64,000 nucleotides of DNA from Azolla caroliniana. Lineage: Eukaryota; Plantae; Polypodiophyta. Within the stretch, counting starts at the first letter, position 1, and every line of letters starts with the position of its first letter. The notes beneath the pieces were generated by a model that worked only from the letters and a program-made list of their open reading frames with translations, did no database searches and had not been told where the DNA came from. Of the stretch, positions 37,301-51,438 are shown in pieces. The translations under genes and the position numbers were made by a program. Where the stretch lies: positions 14,322,001-14,386,000 of the forward strand of contig JBHGNT010000010.1 of NCBI GenBank assembly GCA_043228905.1. Direction: 5' to 3'.

Positions 37301-39812
37301 TGGGAGTCGGAGAAGAAGATGAAGAGCTCCAAGTCGACCGGTGAGGATCAACTCTACGAGGAGCAGTCCCGACCGGCAAGGGACCGATTAGCACTCGAGG
37401 ATCCGGCCGAAGACGGTGAAGAAACAGAACCGGCCGAGGAAGATGAAACTGATACCGGAACCGGCCCCGATCCCGAAATGGATTCGGATGAAGAGGAAAC
37501 GGAGGAGCCGGTTACCGAAGCTCCGGAACGGAGATATCCTCTAAGAGAGAGAAGGGCCCCCCGGAGATTTCCGGAACCAGAGCACGTGTTGCTAACCGAC
37601 GAGGGGGAGCCGGAGAGTTTTGAAGAAGCAAAGCTTGACACCCATAGCCGCAGGTGGTTGAGTGCCATGCAGGAGGAGATGGATTCCCTGTATGAGAACC
37701 ACACATATGAACTTGTGGAGTTGCCGAAAGGAAAGCGGGCACTTCGAAACAAGTGGGTGTTCAAGCTGAAACCGGGAGATGCCGGAAACCCCCCGAGATA
37801 CAAAGCCAGGATCGTGGTGAAGGGGTTCCAGCAGAAGAAGGGCGTCGACTTCGACGAGATATTTGCCCCGGTAGTGAAGATGACCACCATCCGGACGGTG
37901 CTGAGCATAGCGGCAAGCATGGACCTCGAGGTAGAACAGATGGACGTGAAGACGGCATTCCTTCACGGTGACCTCGAAGAAGAGATCTACATGCAGCAAC
38001 CGGAAGGATTCGAGAAGAAAGGGAAGGAGCACCTGGTATGCTGGTTGAAGAAGAGCCTTTACGGACTGAAGCAGGCTCCCCGACAATGGTACCGGAAGTT
38101 CGACTCTTTCATGACCGACGAAGGGCACCACAAAACGGAGTCCGATCACTGCGTGTTTGTGAAGAAGTTCGAGGGAGGAGACTCTCTAATACTCCTCCTG
38201 TACGTGGACGACATGTTGATCGTCGGACGGGACCAGGTCAAGATACGGATGCTGAAGAAAGCGCTTCACCGAACCTTCTCAATGAAGGACCTGGGTCCGG
38301 CGAGACAAATACTAGGGATGCACATCATCCGGGACCGGAGCAAGAAGCAATTGTGGCTTCACCGGTTCAACATGTCGGAAGCAAGACCGGTCGGGTCAAC
38401 CCTCCCGGCAAACTGCAAGTTGTCTAGCAAGCAAAGCCCCAAGACAAAGGCTGAGAAGGAGGACATGATGAAAGTACCATATGCCTCTGCCGTCGGAAGC
38501 TTGATGTACGCAATGGTGTGTACAAGACCAGACATAGGATATGCAGTCGGAGTGGTGAGCCGGTAGATGAGCAATCCTGACAAAGAGCACTAGAACGCGG
38601 CCAAGTGGATACTCCGATACCTGAAGGGCACGGCAAACGTGTGCCTCCGATTCAGCTCCGGTAAGCCCGAACTCGACGGCTTTACCGATTCGGATATGTC
38701 GGCTGATGCAGATACCAGCCGGTCCACATCAGGGTATGTGATGACGTATGCAGGGGGAGCTGTTTCGTGGCAGTCGAGGCTGCAAAAGACGGTTGCGTTG
38801 TCAACCACGGAGGCGGAGTATATGGCGGCTGTTGAAGCCGGCAAGGAAATAATATGGATGAAGGACTTCATTAGAGAGCTCGGTATCCGGCAGGAGGAGT
38901 ACCGACTCTACTGCGACAGTCAGAGTGCAATCCACCTTGCGAAGAACGCGGCCTATCACTCACGGACGAAGCACATCCAGCAAAGATATCACTGGATCCA
39001 GGAAAGGATAGAAGACCAGGAGTTCGTGCTGACGAAGATCCACACGGACGAGAACGGGTCAAATATGCTGACCAAAGTGCTCACACCCGACAAGCTGGAA
39101 GCGTGCCGGAAGAGGGTCGGACTGGAATGACATCCCATGCCGAAGTGAAGGGGGAGTTTGTTGGGATTACGGTCCCTTCGAATGGGATGGTCAGATGTCC
39201 GGGAATCGGGAATGAAGACCCGAACGAGGAGTACCCGGTATTGGTTCCGGATGATGAAGACCCCGGCTACGGAGCCGGATGACGAAGACCCGGTTTCGGA
39301 TCCGGATGATGAAGACCCCGGCTACGGAGCCGGATGACGAATGTACCCGGAGAGAGATCCGGATGCGGGGACATATCTGTGAATATGTTTACCAAGGGCC
39401 CTCGAGGCTATATTTGTAAATAGCCCCAAAGTCATATGTATATAAATATGACTTAGGGCAAACAGTTTTTTGTTGTTGCTCATTTTTCTGTTTTCCACTT
39501 AGAGGGAGCGAAGTGAGAGCAGCCGAGAGAGAGAGAAAGGAAGAGGTCGACGCCTCTGTGTAATACCGCCGCCTGTGGCGAGGACAACGAGGTCAAGGTC
39601 GTCGCCTTGCAGCTCGCCATTGTACATTCTCTGCGTATAGTGATAGTTGGAGCCTTGCACTCCCGTGGTTTTTCCCGTCCAGGGTTTTCCACGCTAAACC
39701 CTGTGCATTCGAGTCTCTCTCTGTGTTTTGATTTACTTCTGCATTGATTCGTGTTTCCTCGATTGTGGCCGAGAGGTGAAGGGTTTGTTTTAGAAGCGTC
39801 CATTCCCTAACA
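34312..39812 (+). mobile_element. Full-length Ty1/copia element C nested in the integrase of element A
   Basis: LTRs 34312-35075 and 39159-39812 (differ by two 55-bp repeat units). TSD CTTCC. PBS 35079-35090. gag-pol broken by stops and frameshifts (ORFs 35098-35952, 36004-37209, 37277-38566, 38639-39130). Confidence 0.96.
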
Positions 39813-40353
39813 CTTCCCATTCGCCTCCGGATTGTACGCAGTGGTAAGCGAGAGCTTGACTCCTAGCCGGCCGAACAACTCCTCGGCCTCTTCAGCGTCC
39901 AACTCCCCGCGATCAGCCACGATCTTCCCGACGCACCCGTACCGGCATATCACGTCCTCGATCAGGAACCGACATACGGCCGTGGTCGTTTTGCCCTGAA
40001 GGGCTCGGCCTTCCACCTGGTTCGTCAGATCTTCCCGAGCCAGGACCAAATACCGCATCTATCCTACTCCCATCGGCATTGTCACCAGATCTACCATCCA
40101 TTTGAAGTGGATGGTCGAAGGGTACGTAGGGTGAAGCTCGTCCCGATGTCGGACTATGGAGTGCATCTGACAACTCTCGCAAGTTGTCACGAACCGATGC
40201 ACGTCCCGGTACAGTCCCGGCCACCAGTACTTCCCCTTTATCTCCTCGAACGTGGCCCACGTTCCACGGTGTCCAGCCCAGGGGCTGTCGTGGTAGGCCG
40301 TCAGCAGCTCCTCCTGTTCTTCCTTCATCGCCACCACCCGGAGCGGGACACCC

Positions 40354-43300
40354 TGTTGGGATTACGGTCCCTTCGGATGGGATGGTCGGATGTCGGAGAT
40401 GAATGACGACAAGCCCGGTTGCGGTTTCGGAACCGGATGATGAAGATCCCGGTTACGGAGCCGGATGACGAATGTACCCGGAGAGAGATCCGGATGCGGG
40501 GACATATTTGTGAATATGTTTTCCAAGGGCCCTTGAGGCTATAGTTGTAAATAGCCCGAAAGTCATATGTGTATAAATATGACTTAGGGCAAACAGTTTT
40601 ACTGTTGCTACTCATTTTTCTGTTTTTCCACTCAAGAGGAGTGAAGAGAGAGCAGCCGTGAGAGAGATAGAGCGTGAGAGAGGAAGAGGTCGACGCCTCT
40701 GTGTATTTCCGCCGCCTGTGGCGAGGACAGCGAGCTCAAGGTCGTCGCCTTGCAGCTCGCCATTGTATATTTCTCTGTGCATAGTTTTGGTTCGGAGTCT
40801 TGTACTCCCGTGGTTTTTCCTGAACAGGGTTTTCCACGTTAAATCGTGTGTCCACTTATTTACTACTGCATTTCCCATTTTCTGCAACAACGATTCGTGT
40901 GTTTCCTTGGTTGTGGCCGAGAGGTGAAGTTTGGAAAGTGTCGATTAATTTCCATCAATTTGGTATCAGAGCGAGTTGCTGGAGAAAATGGAAGGCGGCG
41001 GAAGCGGGCAGCCGGGGATGATGGTGCTGAATGCGCAGAATTACGCCGACTGGAAGATCAAGATGGAGGATCTTCTGATTGTTCGGGACCTGTACGAACC
41101 GATTGACAGGTCGGAAATACCGAAGGGGGTACTTGAGTCGGAATGGAGGCTTCTGAACCGCAAAGCCGTTGCAACCATTCGGCAATACGTAGACGTGAGC
41201 GTTCTACAACATGTGGCGAACGACACCAACGCATATGAGATGTGGCGGAAGCTGTCGGGCCTCTATGAGAGGAAGAATACGTTGAACTGGACCTCCCTGA
41301 TGAGGAAGATAGTGAACCTCAAGTACCGGGACGGCGAGAGTATGGTGGAACACGTAAGCACGTTCATGGGACTCGTGAACCAGCTTGCGGCGATCAAGTT
41401 CCCGCTGGAGGATGCAATGCAAGCCATCATTCTGATGTGTACATTGCCGGAAAGCTGGGAGAACTTGGTGGTGACTCTCAGCACCCCCTGCACCGAAGAT
41501 AACTTGTCCCTACAAACGGTAAAGACAAGTATTTTGAACGAAGAAGCACGTCGGAGAGATAAAGAACCGGCCTCCGACTCGAAGGCGCTGCTTACCGAAT
41601 AGGAACGGGGAAGACAATGGAACCGGAGTCCGCAAAGACGGGAGAAGTCGGGGACCCGGTCGCAGTCAAGAGGAAGACCCACATGCTTCCACTGTGGGAA
41701 GCCGGGGCACTTCCGAAAGAATTGTCGGCATTACCGAAAAGACAACGGAGCCGACGACACCGATTCGAAGAAGTCTTCGGAACGGAACGGTGCTTACCGG
41801 GGAGCCACGGACCGGAATGGTTTGGATCGGCGAGGGCAGGACCGGAAAGGAACGACGGCACTCGCGGCAAGTGAAGAGGAGATCATGCTCATCACTGAAG
41901 AAGGTGAACTAAACATTGCCGGCGATGAGACTACCTGGGTGGTCGATTCCGGAGCGTCGTTCCACCTGACCCCGGAAAGAAGATACTTCTCATCCTACAC
42001 AGCTGGTGAGCATGGCTGTGTTCGGATGGGAAATGAAGGTACGTGCCGGATTGCCAGCATAGGAGACGTGTGGTTGACAACCCCGACCGGATGCAAAATG
42101 CTGCTGAAGGATGTCCGACACGTTCCGGAGGTTCGATTGAACCTGATTTCGGCCGGGAGGCTAGACGATGAAGGCTACACAGGTAGCATCCGGAACGGCG
42201 TAATGAAATTCAGCAAGGGGAGCCTGATAGTGGCTCGGGCCCGGAAAGTCAACACACTGTACCTTATGAATGCCTGGTTGTGTCCGGAAGAGTTGAACGT
42301 GGCAGCCGACACTGCCGGTGAGCTGTGGCACAAGAGACTGTGCCACATGAGTGAGAAGGGGATGAAGAGGCTTGCAGAAGACAACCTTATTCCAGTCAAG
42401 CACGTGCACCTAGAGAAGTGCACCGATTGCCTGGCCGGTAAGCAGAACCGAACCTCCTTCCATTCAAGGCCACCGACGAGACGTAGCGCACCATTGGAGT
42501 TGGTGCACACTGATGTGTGTCAGGTAGAAACGAAGTCACATGGCGGAGCCCAGTACTTCGTAACATTCATTGATGATCACAGCCGGAAGCTGTGGACGGC
42601 ACCGTTGAAGACAAAGGGCCAAGTGTTGTGCGTCTTCAAAGAACTCCACGCGAGAGTGGAAAGGGAATCCGGCAAGAAGCTGAAAGCGATACGAGCGGAT
42701 AACGGAGGGGAATACCGGGTGCAGTTCGCGGAGTACTGTCGCTCGAAGGGAATCCGGCTCGAGTTTACTGTGCCGAAGACGCCGGAACTGAACGGGCTGG
42801 CCGAGAGGATGAACCGGACCATAATGGAGAGGGTCCGGAGTATGCTGGCGCATGCGAAATTACCCAAGGGGTTTTGGGCTGAGGCAATGTCGACGGCGAC
42901 ATACGTGATAAACAGATCACCCTCAATACCTTTGGACGGAGACACGCCGCAGAGAGTGTGGACCGGTAGGGAAGTATCCTACCGGCATCTGAAGGTGTTC
43001 GGGTGTCTCGCATATGTGCATGTGGCTAAGGACCGGAGAGGAAAGCTAGATCCAAAGACCCAGCCATGCATATTCCTCGGTTACGGCGATGACGAGTTCG
43101 GCTACCGAGTATGGGACCCGGTCGACAAGAAGATATTCCGGAGTCGTGATATCATCTTCATGGAGAACAAGACACTCGCCGACTGGGAGTCGGAGAAGAA
43201 GATGAAGAGCTCCAAGTCGACCGGTGAGGATCAACTCTACGAGGAGCAGTCCCGACCGGCAAGGGACCGATTAGCACTCGAGGAGAAACAGAACCGGCCG

Positions 43301-45656
43301 AAGAAGATGAAAATGATACCGGAACCGGCCCCGACCCCGAAATGGATTCGGATGAAGAAGAATCGGAAGAACCGGTTACCGAAGCTCCGGAACGGAGATA
43401 TCCTCTAAGAGAGAGAAGGGCCCCCCGGAGATTTCCGGAACCAGAGCACGTGCTGCTAACCGACGAGGGGGAGCCGGAGAGCTTTGAAGAAGCAAAGCAT
43501 GACACCCAGAGCCGCAGGTGGTTGAGTGCCATGCAGGACGAGATGGATTCCCTGCATGAGAACCACACATATGAACTTGTGGAGTTGCCGAAAGGAAAGC
43601 GGGCACTTCGAAACAAGTGGGTGTTCAAGCTGAAACCGGGAGATGCCGGAAACCCCCCGAGATACAAAGCCAGGATCGTGGTGAAGGGGTTTCAGCAGAA
43701 GAAGGGCGTCGACTTCGACGAGATATTTGCCCCGGTAGTGAAGATGACCTCCATCCGGACGGTGCTGAGCATAGCGGCAAGCATGGACCTCGAGGTAGAA
43801 CAGATGGACGTGAAGACGGCATTCCTTCACGGCGACCTCGAAGAAGAGATCTACATGTAGCAACTGGAAGGATTCGAGAAGAAAGGGAAGGAGCACCTGG
43901 TATGCCGGTTGAAGAAGAGCCTTTACGGACTGAAGCAGGCACCCCGGCAATGGGACCGGAAGTTCGACTCTTTCATGACCGACGAAGGGTACCTCAAAAC
44001 GCAGTCCGACCACTGCGTGTTTGTGAAGAAGTTCGAAGGAGGAGACTTTCTAATACTCCTCCTGTACGTGGACGACATGTTGATCGTCGGACGGGACCAG
44101 GTCAAGATACGGATGCTGAAGAAGGCTCTTCACCGAACCTTCTCAATGAAGGACTTGGGTCCGGCGAGACAAATACTAGGGATGCACATCATCCGGGACC
44201 GGAGCAAGAAGCAGTTGTGGCTGTCACAGGAGAAGTACGTGACAAAGGTGCTTAAACGGTTCAACATGTCGGAAGCAAGACTGGTCGGATCGACCCTTCC
44301 GGCAAACTGCAAGCTGTCCAGCAAGCAAAGCCCCAAGACAAAGGCTGAGAAGGAGGACATGATGAAAGTGCCATATGCCTCTGCCGTCGGAAGCTTGATG
44401 TACGCAATGGTGTGTACAAGACCGGACATTGGATACGCAGTCGGAGTGGTTAGCCGGTACATGAGCAATCCCGGCAAAAAGCACTAGAACGCGGCCAAGT
44501 GGATACTCCGATACCTGAAGGGCACGGCAAACATGTGCCTCTGATTCGGCTCCGGTAAGCCCGAACTCGACGGCTTTACCGATTCGGATATGTCGGCTGA
44601 TGCAGATACCAGCCGGTCCACATCAGGGTATGTGATGACGTATGCAGGGGGAGCTGTTTCATGGCAGTCGAGACTGCAGAAGACGGTTGCGTTGTCAACC
44701 ACGGAGGCGGAGTACATGGCGGCTGTTGAAGCCGGCAAGGAAATAATATGGATGAAGGACTTCATTAGAGAGCTTGGTATCCGGCAGGAGGAGTACCGAC
44801 TCTACTGCGACAGTCAGAGTGCAATCCACCTTGCGAAGAACGCGGCCTATCACTCCCGGACGAAGCACATCCAGCGAAGATATCACTGGATCCGGGAAAG
44901 GATAGAAGACAAGGAGTTCGTGCTGACGAAGGTCCACACGGACGAGAACGGGTCGGATATGCTGACCAAGGTGCTCACACCCGACAAGCTGGAAGCATGC
45001 CGGAAGAGGATCGGATTGGAGAGACATCCCATGCCGAAGTGAAGGGGGAGTTTGTTGGGATTACGGTCCCTTCGGATGGGATGGTCGGATGTCGGAGATG
45101 AATGACGACAAGCCCGGTTGCGGTTTCGGAACCGGATGATGAAGATCCCGGTTACGGAGCCGGATGACGAATGTACCCGGAGAGAGATCCGGATGCGGGG
45201 ACATATTTGTGAATATGTTTGCCAAGGGCCCTTGAGGCTATAGTTGTAAATAGCCCGAAAGTCATATGTGTATAAATATAACTTAGGGCAAACAATTTTA
45301 CTGTTGCTACTCATTTTTCTGTTTTTCCACTCAAGAGGAGTGAAGAGAGAGCAGCCGTGAGAGAGATAGAGCGTGAGAGAGGAAGAGGTCGACGCCTCTG
45401 TGTATTTCCGCCGCCTGTGGCGAGGACAGCGAGCTCAAGGTCGTCGCCTTGCAGCTCGCCATTGTATATTTCTCTGTGCATAGTTTTGGTTCGGAGTCTT
45501 GTACTCCCGTGGTTTTTCCCGAACAGGGTTTTCCACGTTAAATCGTGTGTCCACTTATTTACTACTGCATTTCCCATTTTCTGCAACAACGATTCGTGTG
45601 TTTCCTTGGTTGTGGCCGAGAGGTGAAGTTTGGAAAGTGTCGATTAATTTCCATCA
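40354..45656 (+). mobile_element. Full-length Ty1/copia element D nested in the integrase of element A
   Basis: 604-bp LTRs 40354-40957 and 45053-45656. TSD CACCC. PBS 40961-40972. gag-pol very similar to C, with several stops. Confidence 0.96.
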
Positions 45657-47890
45657 CACCCTTCCTCTTCTTCGGGTGCTTCCATAAGTATCCGTCCCGG
45701 AGAAAGAATCGGTATGCTTTCTTCCGGATCCGGTTGGCCTCGTCCCTCGTCCATGACGTATCCGGCGTCATTGTCCTCAAAAACCCACCGATCTATAGCC
45801 ACTCGCCGTCGTACTTGCTCTCGTCAAAGTCGTTAAGTGTCGGAGTGCTCGTCCCATCGGTCGTCACGTACGCTGCTCCGAAGAAGACCACGCCGACTTC
45901 TTCGTCCTCCAAAACCATGCCGCCCTCGTCATGAAACCTCGCCCTCGAAAGCATGTCGGCCATGGCGTTGTCTTTTCCGGAAATGTGTCGTATTTCCGGG
46001 TCCAGGGACTTGATGTACGCTATCCACCTGAGCATCGCCAGGTCCGGTGTCGCGCATCCGGAAACCATGCCGAGAATTGGCAGGCAATCCGTCTCGATAA
46101 TCACTTCTGTCCCGATCAGGTAGTCTTTGTCGGACTTTACTGCCGAAACAATACCCCAGAGTTCGCGTTTAACCTGGGCGTACCCTCGCTGTCGCTCACT
46201 GAGGACCTTTGCGCCGAATCGGATCGGGAACCGGGTGCCGTCCTCGTCTTCTTGGTTGACGACCCATCCGATCCCGGTCGGGCTCGTATCCACCGTTATG
46301 TATACCGGGGTACTCTTCTCGTAGACAGCCTTCCGGAGCGCTGGTGCTACCGCAAGAGCTTCCTTTAGCTTCCGGACCGACTCCGTGTGCTCGTCTCGCC
46401 ACTCGAATTTTTCAGCAACTCGTATAGCGGCTCCGCAACGTGGGCGTAATGCGGGATCCATATGTGGTAGAAAGCGCATGCCCCCAGGAACCTCCGAACT
46501 TCCGTAACCGAGCTACAGTCGGTCTTCATCGCGGAGATGGCTTCTACCTTTGCCGGAGACGGCTTCCGGCCATATGGTCCACATAGGTGTCCGACCACCA
46601 GGATTTCTGATTGCCCGAAGGCCGATTTCTCCCCGGAGAAGGTGAGCCTCGCGTCCTCTAGCCTTTGTAGCACCTTCTCGCAGTCATGGATGTCTGTTGC
46701 CACGAATCGCCGGCATCCGTCCGGCCCGAGTGTCTCGTCCTTCTCTTCCACCGGGCACCCTTTGATCGGGATGTCGTCTAGAAATGGCATGGTGATGTCC
46801 GGGATGCAATCCCTCAGTACCTTGTTCATTGCATTCACCATGTGGGCCACCGAGTTGGTCCCTCCTTGTGGCAGGGTACACATTCGCACTAGGCCGAGGG
46901 GAGTTCGCATCGTCGTAATGTCTCTGCTCTCCACGGCTAGCTGGAACTGGTCGTACCCCGAGTACAGATCACCGACCGAGTAAATCGACCTTCCGGCGAA
47001 GGCCTCCGCGAACTCGTCTATGGTCGGTCCGATTCATGCGTTCCGAATGGTCACTTTGTTGACCGGCTGCAGGTCTTGAATGAAGCGCAATGTTCTGTTT
47101 TTCTTTGGTACGGTAAACCATCGGTTCGAGTATGGGGCACTTGACGGTTCGAGAATGCCCATATCGACTTTCTGCCTCAATAGCTCCATCAATTTCGGAT
47201 GTGAGCTCTCGGTACCGGAATTGGCTTGAGATTCCACGGCACATGCGGTACCGTGAATATCACCATCGGCTCCACGATTGTCGGGTCTACGCACCCGATC
47301 TCTTCCGGCGAGAATGCGAAGGCTTTCCCGTGCCTTCCGAGCATTCTCCGAAACCGGTCTTCCTCCGCCGGCAGTAGGAACCCGCCCCCACCGATTTTGA
47401 GCTCCCGGAGCGTCCCGTCGGTGAAGGTGTGTTCTATGAAGACCGGATCTCGCAAACTGGGGTCCGACGCAACCCCTCTGATTCGGGACTCGCTGCCCTC
47501 CGGCAAGGGTGCCGCGACGGGCCTTACCTTCTGGTCCACAGTCTTGTACTTCGTGCTAACTCGGGCCGTCCGGTCCGACCTGAGCCCTTGACTGAAGCTC
47601 GCGATGACTTCGTACATCTCTTCGGAACATACTGGTATCGTCCGGTCTTCGTTAAGGTCTTCTCCGGCTACCTTCCTCAGCATCCCCAAGGTGTCGTCGA
47701 AGGAGACCGCCTCCACGGCTCCGCTAATTTCCTCGTCCGGGCCGAGAACTCCGCACGCTCGAAGTCGCTCCTCCGCCCTTGCCTTTTCTCGGCCAACGAT
47801 GCCGACTATCATACACCCTCTGTTGTTGGAGAAGCAAAATTTTCTTCCCACTGTACAGGGTTTCTTCGGTTTCGGTTCTATCGTACAGCT

Positions 47891-47956
47891 GTGGGGTCTT
47901 TCCCGAGTGTCCGGACTGTCTCGGCCCCACGCCTTGGCAGCCCTCTCTAAAAATCC
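47891..47956 (-). promoter_or_regulatory. Predicted -1 programmed ribosomal frameshift signal (G GAU UUU plus pseudoknot), element A
   Basis: Heptamer 47950-47956 lies directly before the gag-pro TAG. The -1 frame is open into pol. Stem GGGCTG/CAGTCC with loop GTGGGG able to pair with downstream CCCCAC. Confidence 0.75.
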
Positions 47957-50900
47957 TCCTGGTTCTCGCCACCGAGGGATTTGCGGTTTTGCTCGTGGTT
48001 CGGCCGCACCGTCAGAAATTGGACCGAATGGTGCCCATCCTGGCTTTTGACCCTCGCGTAGGCCGAACTGTTGTCCAGCACTTTGGTCTCCATTCTCGCC
48101 GCCATTATGTATGGTTCCCCTAAAATGACCGGATGCGAGGACGTCTCCTGTACGAAGAAGTATTGGTCAATCTCGATGTCGCCGATCTTGACTCGCACAT
48201 TCGGGCAGGCCCCGTGCAGTTCCTCGGTGGCGCGCGTCGCCGCCCGTATCTTCCACCCGTGCTTGGTGTTGATCGGCCATTTTCCCTTCTTATAGAAGTC
48301 CATGGACATCAGGTTTATTTCCGAACCGTGGTCCACCAGTGCTACCACCGGTTCCTGAACATCTCTGATCTTTACCGGGGTCTCCGTGGTCGCTCGGGCC
48401 CAGTGTGGCCTCGAATAGTGGCTCTCCGCCCACCCATCTTCCAGTGCTAAGTCGTCGATGTGCGTCGTCCGCACCTCCACCGGTCTTTCCGGTTCCGTCT
48501 CCGTCGACAGCCTCTTCCATTTCACCAAGTCTACAATGGAGTCATGGAACTCCTTCTTGGCGATCCCTAGCACCTCCCGCGATGACAACTCCACTTTGCT
48601 GTCGAGGATCCGTTCTTCTAGGACCTTTCATAGGTCCGTGGTCCTTTCTATTTCCGTCCCCAGTCGGTATCCGCCCTTCCTGGGGTTATCTTGCGAGCTG
48701 GACCCACCGGCATTGTTCCGTCGTTGCCCTAATCGGGTCTCGTATCGTTGTGAGGGCCCGGCCGCTCCGGCTTTCCCCACTCGTTTGTCTTCTACCAGAG
48801 CCTCGTAGTTCCAGCAGGCGGCTTCTACGAAGCCCGTCTTCTCCTCGACCGGATCGCTCCACCCGGTTATTTCCCGGACCCGTCTCTCAGCGCGGTCCAT
48901 TTCATCTTTCCTCAGCCGTGCACCGGCGAGGCCTTCCAGCATTGCTGACCAGAATCCGTCTTTGCTCTCCTTTCGGGCCTCGCTGCCCCCGACCCGAATA
49001 CCGGCCGACGCCGAGTCCGGGCCTTCCCACATGTACACCACCTGGTTCCTCAACGCCTCTACGAAATCGCCGCAGTCCTTCCGAATGTGGCCGACCTCGT
49101 CGCACCACATGCACTTGTTCCCTGCTGCCGGCCGTCGGTCACGAGCCGGTTCGCCGCCTTCCCTTCGAGTCTGGGTGATCTGGAGATCCTTTATCGCCGG
49201 TGTCAACTCCTCCAGCGCTGCTCCTCCGGACGAGCCACTGACCATGTCGGTCGAAGCCGGACCGGTTTTTGAGCCATTCCCGGGTTTCTTCCCTTCGCCC
49301 TTGCGGTGCCGGTTCAAGCCTCCTTGCTGTGACAGAGCCCGCACCAGCCGCCCCGTTGTCAGCCCATTCTCGCCGTTTGTTGAAACGGCCACAGACTCTC
49401 TTAACCGCAGCCCAGTCGGTCGTCAGCCCGTCTTCGGTTTCCAGCAAGGAGCCGACTTGATCCCGGTCCCGCTCGTCCACCGACTTGACGAACAGTAGGA
49501 CCCGGCTCATATCCAGAACGGTTCGGTCAAGCGCCGAAATGCGCGCAAAGCGTTCTTCGAACTCCCGGAGGAGTGCCGACGCGTTTCTTCCCTTGCCGGG
49601 GGACTCCACCCATTCCATGAAGTCTCGTTTCGAAAGCCGGAGCGCGTCGTCCAGCCCGTATTTTTCTAGGAGTCGGCCTTCGAACTCCTCCCAGGTACGG
49701 CTCTCTGCCCGCACCTCGAGCACCTCCGCATGGATGCTCGGCATCGCCACTCGAGGAAACCCGACAAGACGCCTCTCTTCCGGAATGTCCCACTGTCGTG
49801 CCTTTCGGCTCCGGATCGTTGCGTGAGTCGGGTGGGAACCACAGAGGTCTTGGACTAGGAGAAAGAAGTTCGTGAGATAGAGATTAATTATGAGTAAATA
49901 GCAAAGAGAAAGATAAGAAACTCGTGAATCACACGAGTATACTATATTAATTGGTACTTAGGGTGTTAAGAGAGACGTAGATGTATAAATCGTGAATCCC
50001 ACGAATAAATTTCGTATTGATTAATACTTAATCCAAATAATCAACAACCCTTTACATATTTCTCTCCTCCTTATATAAGGAAGGAAGAGCTAAGCATGGC
50101 TTCATGTTTTTTTTTTACAAAAAGTGTTCATGTCCACTAAATGTGCATGTGATGCTTTTTTTATTTCCTAAGTATAGGGCTCATGCACGCTAGATGTGCA
50201 TGAGTTATTTTTTAGTGTCTCGTCTTTTTCATATATTAAAAAATACACGATTTACCTTTTAATAAAGGTATGCATAAATAAAGGTCTTATACATATTAAA
50301 TCTATATTTAAAGCACTTAAGATAAGTTAATGTAATGGTAAGGTTGGGGTTTGTCAACGTGGAGGTGCAGAGTTCAAATCACGCCCTGCGCAGTAGTGAG
50401 TATTTCCTTTCTTTTTACTTTTATGTCTCTTTATCCGGCTCTTCCTTGCCGGTATGCCGTTTTCTTCCTTGCCGGTATGCCGTTTTTCCTCCTTGCCGGT
50501 ATGCCGTTTTCTTCCTTGCCGGTATGCCGTTTTCTTCCGGTTCTCACCGAGCACTCCATTCTCTATCCGGAGGGACAAAAATATAATTTCCACATAGTGT
50601 GCAACCTACACTACGACACTCGCCCCCTCCAAACCCGCACATCCTCCGGTATGTGCCGAAGTTCTTGATTCTTCGTATCCGTCTTCATCCGAAGCTTCCT
50701 CCGATTCTCCCCTTATGTCGACTATGAGTTGTAATCCACTTTCTTTGCTTCCCGCATCATTGTGGTCTTCGTCCGATTGCTCCTCGTTGTCGGCCTCGAC
50801 TTGGATCACATAAGGTTTGTCGTCGGTCCGCTTCTTGAAAATCTTCACCCGCTTCCCGGCTATAGGCACTCGTAGTATTGTTCCATCCAACTCGGACAGT

Positions 50901-51438
50901 CGGTACGTCCCGTTGTCGAAGACCTTCCGAACCTCGTACGGCCCGAACCACCTTTTCGCGAATTTCCGCATCGTTGTATGTTGATGGTCCAAGCTACTAT
51001 CATAGACGATCACCCAATCTCCTTCTTCAATCCTCCTCGGTCGTAGTCGGTGCTTTGTGTCGAACCGGCTTTTGTTCCGGAACCGTGCTTCTTGTTGTCG
51101 GCGTGACGCTTCCGCTACATCTTTCGGTCTTCCCTCCAGTTGTCGTATCCGGACTGCTAGTAGTTCTTCCCGGCTCATCTCTTCCTTCCACGGTAGTATT
51201 GTCCATGTCGCGATTGCGGTTTCCGTTGGCATTACCGGTGCTTGTCCGGTCATGAGTTCTGCCGGCATGTAACCGGTCACGGAGCTATGCGTCGTCCGAT
51301 CCGCCCATAGTGCATACGGAAGCATTTGTGGCCAATCCTTCACCCTTCCGTCGCATGCCTTCGCAAGTGCTTTCACGATCGGACTATGTCCTCGTTCGAT
51401 CTTCCCGTTGGCCTCCGGATTGTAGGCCGTTGTCAACG

